Shown here: positions 42,639 through 51,843 of the stretch, one piece after another
How positions within the stretch are numbered: position 1 is the stretch's first letter
Layout of the letters: every line of letters begins with the position of its first letter
Source: an uncultured Verrucomicrobiae bacterium
GTDB lineage: Bacteria; Verrucomicrobiota; Verrucomicrobiia; Limisphaerales; UBA11358
Length of the DNA: 64,000 nt
Direction: 5' to 3'
Assembly: GCA_963708525.1 (NCBI GenBank)
Contig: CAVPTH010000028.1
Coordinates: 16,873-80,872 of the forward strand
The notes under the pieces: model-generated
What the model was told of the DNA's origin: nothing
Seen by the model: the letters and a program-made list of their open reading frames with translations, nothing else
Databases searched by the model: none
Program-made: the position numbers and the translations under genes

Positions 42639-43287
42639 AAGCCAAAGTAGGCCATTTATGCGGATTTTGTCCCGGTAATTTTGCGCCCAATTTAACCCAA
42701 TGTAACCATTTTAGCCCAATTTACCCCCACTTGCGTTTTTCCAAATTCGCAGTTTATGCGCATTTCGCAGATTTTGTGCATTCTAGTACGCTCCACTAAA
42801 TGGAGCCAACGGATATGGAAAGTTACTTTCCAAAGTACTTGAGGGTTTAATTCAAGTTCAGGCTACTGCGTAGACAAAACGCATTTGAGGATTCACGCCG
42901 GATGACTGCTTTTCCTACCAGTGGGAAAGCCATTAACCCTGAAGCGCACCATGACCCAAAAAACGAATTACCAAAACTATGATGCTTCCGTCCTCCTTTG
43001 TGTTTTGATTGGGTCTGTGCCAGTGGCCTTCGGCGCAGCCACTTTGGCCTATCGGCCGGACCAAATTATCATCCGAGAAAAACCCAAGTGTAAGCGTCAG
43101 CCGCACGATAATTGCGGCTTTCCAAGCCACACGCGGGGTCAAGATCACCAGGGCGTTCCAGCAGTTGGCGGAATATAGTTCGTCTCCTTGACGGCAGGGG
43201 AAACAGTTGTTCGCTCATGTCCAATTATCAACAAAGTAAACGGGTCAGTCCACACTATTGACAGTAAGGGGCATTGTCAGCGAGCGG

Positions 43288-45465
43288 TTAAAACCGGTAT
43301 TGCAGGGTGGCAAAAATCAGGTTGGCTTTAAAACTGTTGAAACCGGCGGAAGCCGTATCCACGTAGTCATAGAAACCGTACCTTAAACTCGCCCGCAGGT
43401 TTTGGGTGATCCGGCGGGTGAGCGTGGCGTTGACGCCATTTTCATACGCCCCGGCGCCCAAGGCCACGCCGTTGGGGGAGTTGTTCTGATAATCGTCCGC
43501 CTGGTAGTAGAAATAGGTCACATTCAGGTCGGTCTTGTCGTCCACGACAAAGTCCGAGGACAAGTTCACCGTCCAATAGTTATTCTGCGAGTTCAGGACG
43601 GCGTTCGTAATTTGCGTGACGGGTGTTTTAGTCTCGCTCAAGACGTAGTCCAGGCCCGCCTGCAGGCTTAACCGCGACCACGGCGTCCAGGTGGCGTTTC
43701 CCCCGATAATCTGGCTGGGTATCTTGCGGACTGGACCTCACTTAATCCCGAGGCCGGGTCCGGCTGGGTATTCACGGTGGAATACTGGTACTCATAACGT
43801 CCGACAAAAGTAACGTTCTGAACGGGATGCACCGTCACCCGGACGTTACCGTCATAGGTCTGGAAATTCTGCATGGAAAAGTCGTTGACCGCATTGTTTG
43901 TCGGATTGGTGTAGTTCCACTGGTTGTTCTGGTAATAGCCGCCGATGTCGATCGTGAGCCGGCGGAGCGGATACCAACGCGCCCCGATGGAATATTTCTG
44001 GAAGAAACGATTATCGTCAGTTTCACCTGCCGCGAGGTTGGTTGAGACACCAATGCCGTTTACCTGCGTGAGACCGCCAGATTGATTTAAGTTACCCTGG
44101 CCCTGGTCCCATTCTCCACGAGCATAAAGGACCCAATTGGTTATGCCCGTGTACCGCGCATCCAGGCTTTCGGCTACGTCAATGACGTCCCGCGAGCTTT
44201 GGCTGCTGAACGGGTCCGTCGGAAAGGTGTTCAAGGTCCCGGTGCCGCTCGAAGTCCCGTCCCAATTTTCCTGCTGCACCCGAATGGCTGGAATAATGGT
44301 GACGGTTTTTAGGGGAATGGTCATCAGATTCATGTCCAGCACGTACCTCTTCATATGCGTATCGCCGACCAGATTGGTGTAACCGAGGCCGCTGGAGGCG
44401 TCGGGCACGTAGGGTACATTGAAGCCGCTGCCATAAATCCGGTCGCCGGAAAGATCGTTGTCCAGGTTGGCAAACAGGAAGCCGGTTGAAAAGAGCAGGT
44501 TCGGATTCATCCAGGTCTCGCTGGAGGCATTGAGGTCGAACAAGTCGTAGGTGGTTTTCTGCCGGTCGGTGACATAAGCGGCGTTTGGAGGTGCCGGGTC
44601 GGTCAGGTAACGCGTCGTATAGAGCGCGTCGTTCAGGTCGGCTGTTTGATAACGCAGACCCAGGGCTAGGTCGGTTTCCTTGACGTGTTGCGCCGCGTTC
44701 AGTTGGAACGTGTCAATCTTCTCGTTTATGTCGTAAAAGCTCGGCCCCAGTCCTTGAGTCAGGGTTGGATCGACAAACAGATCAGGATGCACCGGGCTCC
44801 AGATGGTTGAACTTTTCTGGCCGTCACGGTAGCTGTGCGTGTACTTGAAGGTGAGGGCGGGAAGTTTTTGCAGGGTCAAGCCGCCTTCAAAAGAGTATTC
44901 GCCGCGATCCAACGCCAGGGCTTCGGGCGAACCTGAGTATTCGGTTCCCGTGGGCGGATAATAGCCGCCGGCGTCATTATACCAGGTACGGAAGTTCTCG
45001 AAATTGAACTTGAGGAACCAGAGGTCGGGATGTACCAGCCCCAGTTTCAACTGGTAATCGTGGTCGTCAATAATTGAACGGCCGTCCAGGGTGAACAGCG
45101 TGTTGCTGAAGGCGTTGGCCTGGTAATGCAGGTCTTCGATCCCGCCAAAAGCGCCTGTACCCATATGCAGGCTTTGCTCGTGCCTGTGCCTTGTTGCCGC
45201 TGGTCATCAGGCCGCCGCCTGTAAGCGCAATCCAGTTGTTGTAGGTGCTGGGACCGCCTTCAAAGTAATCCTGCGGCGATAACGCGGGACTGTTGGTGTC
45301 GTCGGCCAGTACGCGGACGCCAAAGGTCAGCAGCAAAATTCCCGTCAGCCAAAATGAGCCCCGACGCGCCGGGCCGGAGGCTGGCGTTCCTGCCGCGCAC
45401 GGGAAGACCGTCTGCGCTCGGGTGGAATCCGAAGGTCGCGGCTGGTTTGGTTGAAAGGGTTTCAT
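43288..45465 (-). CDS. MtrB/PioB-like outer-membrane beta-barrel porin (two frameshifts, near 45170 and 43700)
   Basis: ~725 codons, signal peptide, GGIEDL, amphipathic beta strands, terminal ATLQYRF; directly follows an MtrA-like cytochrome. Confidence 0.82.
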
Positions 45466-45477
45466 CTTCGGCGCCAA

Positions 45478-46359
45478 TCAAAATTGGAGTTGCGGGTTAA
45501 CGCGCGAGCCGTGCACGGCCTCGTGGCAACCGGCAGTCCAACAGGTGCCCTGGGACAGGCGCCCCGTATGGTTCGAACCGCCGATGAGAAGCTGGCCGCC
45601 GGTTTGCTGGACGAAATGGCATTTCAAACACAAATTCGAATTCCGCTGGGCTAACAGCTTGGCATTGACCGAGCCGTGCGGGTTGTGACAGCTGGTACAG
45701 CCTTCACGCAGGGCTTCGTGCTCGAATACGAACGGGCCTTGCTGGGCCGGATGACAACGCAAGCACATGTCATTTTCGGAAAGCAGTGAAGTCCCGCCAC
45801 CGGCGGAAATGGAACCCTTGTGCGGGTCATGGCAATCAGAACACTTCATCCGGCCTTCGGGCACGGGATGATGGTTGGGAAGATTGAACTGTCCGCGCAC
45901 GTCCAAATGGCACGTGTAACAGACCGTTTCCTCCGAGCGCGCCGATTCCACCGCCACGTGCGCGCCGTAACTGCTCGCCTCGCCACGACCGGCGGTGAAA
46001 ATGTACGGAGGTTTCGTGTCGCCACCCGATTCCGAATGGTTGCTGCACGGTCCGTGACAGGACTCGCACCCGGCATCCAGCGCGTTGGTTCCCTGGGCCA
46101 TCAGACGCGCATGATCGGCGGTGGCAAAATCCTTGTAGATATTGTCATGGCAGGTGTCGCATTGTTCGGAGCCGATGTAGGTGGCACCCGGCACATTGGG
46201 CAATACCACCACACTGCGGTTGAGGGTGCCGCAGGAAATGACCACCAACAGTGTGGCCATCACAATCCCTGTCAACGCCAGCCATCGCTTCCAGCCGTCA
46301 GGCTGCGTTGCTGTTTTTCCCCAAATGAGCTTCAGCATATTTTTGTCGGGCAGCTTCAT
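45478..46359 (-). CDS. MtrA/DmsE/PioA-like periplasmic multiheme cytochrome, 8 hemes, lipobox
   Basis: CDTCH, CESCH, CYTCH, CSDCH, CLRCH, CTSCH, CLKCH, CWTAGCH; GPFVFEH, CHNPHGS; VVISC. Confidence 0.88.
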   Translation of the reverse strand: MKLPDKNMLKLIWGKTATQPDGWKRWLALTGIVMATLLVVISCGTLNRSVVVLPNVPGATYIGSEQCDTCHDNIYKDFATADHARLMAQGTNALDAGCESCHGPCSNHSESGGDTKPPYIFTAGRGEASSYGAHVAVESARSEETVCYTCHLDVRGQFNLPNHHPVPEGRMKCSDCHDPHKGSISAGGGTSLLSENDMCLRCHPAQQGPFVFEHEALREGCTSCHNPHGSVNAKLLAQRNSNLCLKCHFVQQTGGQLLIGGSNHTGRLSQGTCWTAGCHEAVHGSRVNPQLQF

Positions 46360-48209
46360 TGGAATAATTGGCCGTCCACAAAGGTCTGGGCATCCTGCAA
46401 AAGTTTACTGTCGTAAGGCCGGTTATGGACACCGAAACTGCCGTCGTAAAAGACGAGGTACAAGTCAAACCGGGCCTTGCGAATATCCACCGGAATGTTG
46501 TTGGTTTGCTGCATCGAATTCGGGCCGGGACTGCCCGAAGACAGATCGCCCGGCGTCGTATATTCCCACGCGAGCGTTCCGTAGTTGGTCCGCAATACGT
46601 CGGGCGCCTTGTTGGTGGCCCACATGTCCAGCAAGGCTTTGGTTTGCAGGACCTGGTTCGAGATAATATTGGCTGTGAACTGCACCAGTCCCCCGGGATT
46701 GGGGTGACAGTTATAACAAGCGGTGTAGGCGGCCACTTCGAACGTGTGACCGCTCATATTATCCGGGCCCGACTGCAGATGGCACGCGGTACACTGCATT
46801 TCGAGTTTGGAGTGAGTGGAGGGGAAGTTCGGGTTAGTCCCCTCCACCACCACACCGACCGTGCCCAACAACATGTTGTATTGCGGCGAGTGATGGGGCG
46901 AACGACTCGTATCCGTCCAGGCCGCGCCGCGGTCGTTGTGGCACTGGGCGCAGACATTGATGGCGGGATTATATTTGTTCGAGAACACGTCCGAGGTGGT
47001 CAGGTAAAAATCGTTGGTTGAGGCAAACGCATTACGGAGCTGGTTGGTGTAGAGCAGTCCCAGTTCGTTGTTGGTGATGGTGGCGGTGATGCCGGTCAGT
47101 TGGTTGCTAAAGGCGATGACTCCGTTCAGCACGTTTGTCCAGACGTTTTCGCCGTGCGGTTCGTGGCAGACGGCGCAGGTGATGGCCACATTGAAATCAT
47201 TGGTCAGCGTCACCGGGTTTTGACCCTCCAACAAGGCCTCGCGGGCGGAACCCGAATGGCAGCGGCCGCAATTGTTGATGTTATTTGCGGAACTGGCCAT
47301 GGATTGAAGCACGTCTGGCACCACGGCTCCATGCGGCGACACGCTCCAGTCCTCAAAACCAAAACCCAGCGGATGTCGGGTAACAACGGACGCGGGGGTG
47401 AGTTGAGCGCTGTGGCAACCCCCGCAGACCTGGGCGGCCAGTTCCACGCGCGGTATGACCGTTTGATCGCCCGGATTGGCCGCATGATTGCCACCCGGTC
47501 CATGGCAATTCTCGCACTGCACGCCTTCCAGTTGCGGGGTGAGCACCGCACTGGTAAATCCCGTCGACAAACCGTACCCCACCGTGTGGCAGGGCAGACA
47601 ACTGGGATTGGTGTCCTGATGAATGCGTTGAAGTCCTGCAAAGGCTTGCGCATGCGCCGTGGTCATTACGGTGCTGTGAACGTTCCCGTGGCACTGGGCG
47701 CAGGTTTGCTCACCCGCGTAACGCGGCCCCGGGCCGGAGACCCGGAAAAACGCGTTGCTAGACAGGTTAGTAATGGTGGTCGTGCGGTTCAGGTTGAAAT
47801 TGCCTAACGGTTGCCAGGTTCCGCCCGGCAACTGCGATTTCTGGTATAGATGGTAGTAGCCGGACGGACCATCCCACGTCAGCGTGACGCCATTGGTGTT
47901 CTTCTGAATGCCCGTCATGACCGGGAGGCCAGGCATTCCGCCGGGTTGTGTGACGGTGAGATGTGGAACGCCTTGCGCGAAACCGGACAAATCGCTCAGG
48001 CAGAAACCGGCCACCGCAAATAACAAAACTACCGCCTGTGTGGCCACCCGGATTGGGGTAGGGTTGATAAACCATGAAGGCCGTTGGGCAGGCAAATTAC
48101 GTCTGGCAACGGTTGAAACCATCTCTGGGCAAGTGATGCTTATAAGGCGACAGCATACTGTAAAGTCTGCTGAATACGAGTAACTTATGAGTTGAAATTG
48201 AGCCTTCAT
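46356..48209 (-). CDS. 9-heme secreted cytochrome c (true start probably near 48050-48120)
   Basis: CAQCH, CLPCH, CENCH, CGGCH, CGRCH, CAVCH, CAQCH, CTACH, CYNCH; PHHSPQ, DGSFGVHN. Confidence 0.9.
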   Translation of the reverse strand: MKAQFQLISYSYSADFTVCCRLISITCPEMVSTVARRNLPAQRPSWFINPTPIRVATQAVVLLFAVAGFCLSDLSGFAQGVPHLTVTQPGGMPGLPVMTGIQKNTNGVTLTWDGPSGYYHLYQKSQLPGGTWQPLGNFNLNRTTTITNLSSNAFFRVSGPGPRYAGEQTCAQCHGNVHSTVMTTAHAQAFAGLQRIHQDTNPSCLPCHTVGYGLSTGFTSAVLTPQLEGVQCENCHGPGGNHAANPGDQTVIPRVELAAQVCGGCHSAQLTPASVVTRHPLGFGFEDWSVSPHGAVVPDVLQSMASSANNINNCGRCHSGSAREALLEGQNPVTLTNDFNVAITCAVCHEPHGENVWTNVLNGVIAFSNQLTGITATITNNELGLLYTNQLRNAFASTNDFYLTTSDVFSNKYNPAINVCAQCHNDRGAAWTDTSRSPHHSPQYNMLLGTVGVVVEGTNPNFPSTHSKLEMQCTACHLQSGPDNMSGHTFEVAAYTACYNCHPNPGGLVQFTANIISNQVLQTKALLDMWATNKAPDVLRTNYGTLAWEYTTPGDLSSGSPGPNSMQQTNNIPVDIRKARFDLYLVFYDGSFGVHNRPYDSKLLQDAQTFVDGQLFQ

Positions 48210-48377
48210 TTGCTCCTTCGCAGCCTCGCATGGAGGCCAGTTGGAGGCTATTCCGATATTGCCGTTTACTCACCCCGAATTGCCGGGTCTTTGCCAAAAA
48301 CCGGTGGCAGGCGTGTCGGACAAACAAATTTGCCTCGCCCGACCCATCTGATTCTGTCAGGCTGAATTGCCTCGGCA

Positions 48378-48974
48378 ATGGGCGCAAGTATAAAAATAAA
48401 AATGACCTCGGCGAATAAGATCGGCTCTGTAAGAAAAGCAGCCATGGGCGAACGGGCCCAGGTTCGAACCGCGGTGCTTGTGTTGGTCTCCTTTCTCCTG
48501 GGCGTGGCAGCCACGGCCGTTTGGTTTCACGTTGCACCCGTTCGTAACGCGGAAAATCCGAATCCTCCCCCAACTGACCAGCAGAGCACTCAGTCATCCG
48601 CTGTGTCATCGCCCGGTGCGAGTTCACCGGCACAGGCGTACGTGGAGCAACCGGTGCCCGTAGACCAGGCTGCCGTCGAAGACGTCAAACGCGCGTTGCC
48701 CAATTACGCTTCACTGTCTGTTGACGAAGGGACGGAAATTCTGCGGGAAGCCGCGCTGAAAGCATACGCCGCCGCTGCGCAGGAACTGCAAAGCCAGGTC
48801 GGTCAGGCGCAGGCGGAATTAAGCCTGGCTCAAGGCAAGTCGCCCGCCGACCAGCAGGCGGCCATGAAGCATTTACAGCAGGTACAGGCGGAGCAGAGCC
48901 AGAAGCTCCAGCAGATCGGCGGACAATTGCAGACGCAAATTGCCGCATTGAAACAACTGAAAGCGGCAAAATAA
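48378..48974 (+). CDS. Hypothetical single-pass membrane coiled-coil protein
   Basis: TM AVLVLVSFLLGVAATAVWF; Q/A-rich helical C-terminus; host-like codon use. Confidence 0.65.
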   Translation: MGASIKIKMTSANKIGSVRKAAMGERAQVRTAVLVLVSFLLGVAATAVWFHVAPVRNAENPNPPPTDQQSTQSSAVSSPGASSPAQAYVEQPVPVDQAAVEDVKRALPNYASLSVDEGTEILREAALKAYAAAAQELQSQVGQAQAELSLAQGKSPADQQAAMKHLQQVQAEQSQKLQQIGGQLQTQIAALKQLKAAK

Positions 48975-49176
48975 GGGTTTCTGGCAGCGGTACGTTTTGC
49001 ACCTTTCGGTGGGGCGAGCGTACTCGCGAGCCGACTTGTAAGTAACCTCAATCCACCAAACTATACCGCTACCGGGCTTCTCGATTTTTGGAGAAAAGGC
49101 AGGTTCGTGTCGGCAGGCCAAACCTCCGGGGGAGAGCCGGTGGATAACGTTTTATTAAAGCGGTTCAAGTAATGGC

Positions 49177-49251
49177 GTAGCCGCCGAAGTGACGAGACGG
49201 ATTCATTATTTGGCCGGTAAATCGGGTCCACCTCCTGACGTCGGCGGCTAC
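49177..49251. repeat. REP-like doublet GTAG…CTAC
   Basis: gtagccgccgaagtgacgag … cctgacgtcggcggctac; related to 5876-5945. Confidence 0.75.
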
Positions 49252-49312
49252 AACATTATAGAAGCCAGTCTGGTGTCACAGAAATGGGTTAACACCAGAG
49301 GCATCGAAAGCA

Positions 49313-49376
49313 ACCCCTCACTCGGTCTTCGGCCACCCTCTCCCCGCAAAGCGGGGAGAGGGCAGGGCGAGGGGGC
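49313..49376. repeat. CCCTCTCCCC…GGGGAGAGGG palindromic element
   Basis: ccctctccccgcaaagcggggagaggg hairpin with flanking ccctca…gagggg. Confidence 0.65.
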
Positions 49377-49485
49377 GTTCGTCAGATGCTTCCTGGGTTG
49401 AGTTGTAAAGTAGCGTTGGTTAAATGACACTAGACGTTGGAGGTTGGATCTTCATTGTCGAATCCTGCCGCGGTAATTTGCCAAC

Positions 49486-49517
49486 AAAAAACCCCTCCCG
49501 GTTTAATGGGAGGGGTT
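49486..49517 (-). terminator. Rho-independent terminator after the 49535-51813 cytochrome gene
   Basis: aacccctccc-loop-gggaggggtt followed by a U-tract on the minus strand. Confidence 0.85.
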
Positions 49518-49534
49518 GAAGGTCGGTTCTGCGG

Positions 49535-51813
49535 TTACGGGTTAATCACGACCCGGAAGAACATTTGGGCGTTGGTCCGCGTCGCGGTCAGGTAACTGAT
49601 TGAGTTGCCTGTGCCCGGGAGGGGACTGCCGATGTTTTTCCAGCCGCCGCTCAAGTTGGAAATGCCCTGAATTTGATACAGACTGCCTTGAGTCGTGTTG
49701 AACGCAATCTCAGCGGCCGTGTAAATGGCAATGGTGTTGGTCACTCCTGAATTGATCAGGGTCTTGCCGTTGGCCCAGACCACGCCGCCAGGAACGGTGA
49801 TGCCGGAGGAAGTCGGATCCAGACCCAGCGCATACATCATCCAGTTGGGAACATTATTGGTGTTATTGATGGCATTGGGCGCCGCTTGAGGATTGTTGAT
49901 GGTGCCGAAGTATTGAGTCTGCCACGAATCAGGCAGGCCGTCATCATTGGCGTCGCCGGTCAGATTCGCGATGGATGCCTTGAGCAATCCCACTGCATAG
50001 GCGGTGTTGTGGATTCCCAGGCTGCCGTCGTTGTGCAACGAACATCCAGTTGAAGGCCGCTTCCAGTTGGGTTGCGTCCAGGTGGAACTGACCGACAGCG
50101 ACGATTTCACCGACTGTCCGCCACACCGGACGGGAGATAAGCTGACAACTGGTTCAGCAGACCCTGCACTTCAGTTTGAACACCCTGGATGACGCCGTCG
50201 CCATTATAATCCTGCAACGGGAAGTCAAATGAGGTGACCGAGGCGCCGTGGCATTGCTGGCAGGCCGGCCACGATGTCTTCGCCATTGTGCGAGTTTACA
50301 AAGGTATGGCTGCCGGCATGCAGATAGGCCGGATCCGTTGAGGCAAGCGTCTGCATATGGCAAGTGACGCAGGTATTGGAAACCGCATGGGCGTGGGCCG
50401 AGCTGGGGATGATTTGGCCGTAGGTAAAGGCATTGACTCCTTCGATCATGTCCGCTTGCGGCCCGTGGTGCGGGCCCAAAGTTGGCTGTCGGTAAGAAGT
50501 GGAACGTGAAGTCGCCGCATTATTGGGACCGGCTATGATGGCACTGCATACACAGAATGCCTTCGCCCGCGTTGGTGACTACGGTACCGTCCATAAGCGT
50601 TACTGCGGCCATAGTGCGAATGATGTACGGATTGGGCGCATTCGTGCCGGGAAGAGTGGCCCCGTGCGGTTCGTGGCACGTCTGGCAATTGATCGCCATG
50701 TAAGTCGTATTGGTCGTCGCCGATCTGGCAATCCGGCCGACGAAACCATAAGCCGTATGGCACCCCACACAACCTTCGCGGCCCGGACCGGAGGGATCCG
50801 CGTCGTGATGGCATGATCGGAATTTTGCCATTCCGCTACATGAACGTGAGTTGGCGGGGCGTCATGGCACTGAGCGCAGTCGCCGGAGCCAAGGCTGATG
50901 GCGATCAGATTGGTTTTACCGAAGGTGCTCATGTGCTGGCTGCCGGGTCCATGACAATTTTCGCATTGGATATTGCCCACGTTGGCGACAACCGGATAAT
51001 TGGTCTCCATGCTCGCCCAGTTGCCGTGCCACCAGGTTGGTTGGGAAAATCCAGCCGTACTGCGTCGCCATGTCGTCAAAGCCGCCGTTGACGGCCAGCG
51101 CATTGGTGTCATAACCGACCGTGTGGCACGGGAGGCAGCTCTTGCTGTAATGGCTGCTGACCAGCCCGTCGATGCCGCGGGCAAACATCGAGGAATGGGC
51201 CGTGGTTTCCCAAGGGCACAACCATGTTGGTCGCGATTTGTCCTCCACTATGGCACAGGGCGCAGCCGGAAGTGTTCGGCAACAAACCAACGCCCATATA
51301 TGTGCCTGCCGTGATCGTGATGGTCAGGTTGGTGGTTCCCGCATTGGACGTATAAACCGTGGCCGTCACTTTATATAGGTCGTTGGTGGTATAACCCGCC
51401 ACGTCCGGACGCAACAACATCCGGCCTGCCACCCGGTACATCAGACGGTCGGAGGGCTCATACACCGGTACGTTCGTGCCCAGCGGGCTGGCCTGCAGCG
51501 CGACCCCCGAGCCGACGGGCTTTTGGGCCAGCGTCCAGACAATGTTGGTCACGTTCGGCACGGAGGAGTTGGTGGCGACGTCAATTTCAAGATAAACCGG
51601 CTGGCCCACACCCACGTTTAACAGGCCGCCCGAAGCCTCCAGAGTTGCGGGCAGCGCATAGTTGGTATTGGCGATTTCGCCCGGGGTGAGCGGGCGCGCC
51701 ACCAATTGGGCTGAAAGATTGGTTTGGGCCTGTGCGGTGAAAGTGGCGTTCAGAGCCATCGTTGCCGCCCCTAAACAGGCCAGCCAGGTTTTAATGGAAG
51801 GTTTCATAGTCAT
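49535..51813 (-). CDS. 9-heme secreted cytochrome c with C-terminal DGLPD repeat and FFR domain (several frameshifts)
   Basis: Signal peptide AQA-Q; CALCH, CLPCH, CENCH, CAQCH, CVGCH, CQTCH, CMQCH, CVTCH, CQQCH across pieces; PHHGPQ, DGSLGIHN. Confidence 0.83.
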
Positions 51814-51843
51814 CTCACACTGTTGGGTTATGGGGATTCTTGA

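Larger units (their letters stand above)
41499..43263. mobile_element. Low-GC non-autonomous element bounded by ~25-bp terminal inverted repeats
   Basis: Left TGTCAATACAGTGGACTGACCTGTT vs reverse complement of right end TGTCAATAGTGTGGACTGACCCGTT; AT-rich interior; no transposase seen. Confidence 0.65.

Noticed and set aside
42921-43218. Short ORFs inside the low-GC element
   Set aside because: Overlapping frames on both strands with no recognisable motif; a real gene cannot be chosen.
41490-43275. Classical IS element with target-site duplication
   Set aside because: The flanks (…AAAAT / GTAAG…) are not duplicated and no transposase ORF is present; kept only as an inverted-repeat-bounded cassette.
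46356-51813. NrfA/HAO-type catalytic enzymes, because of the DGSxGxHN tail
   Set aside because: No CxxCK motif was seen and the porin context favours electron transfer; catalysis is not fully excluded.
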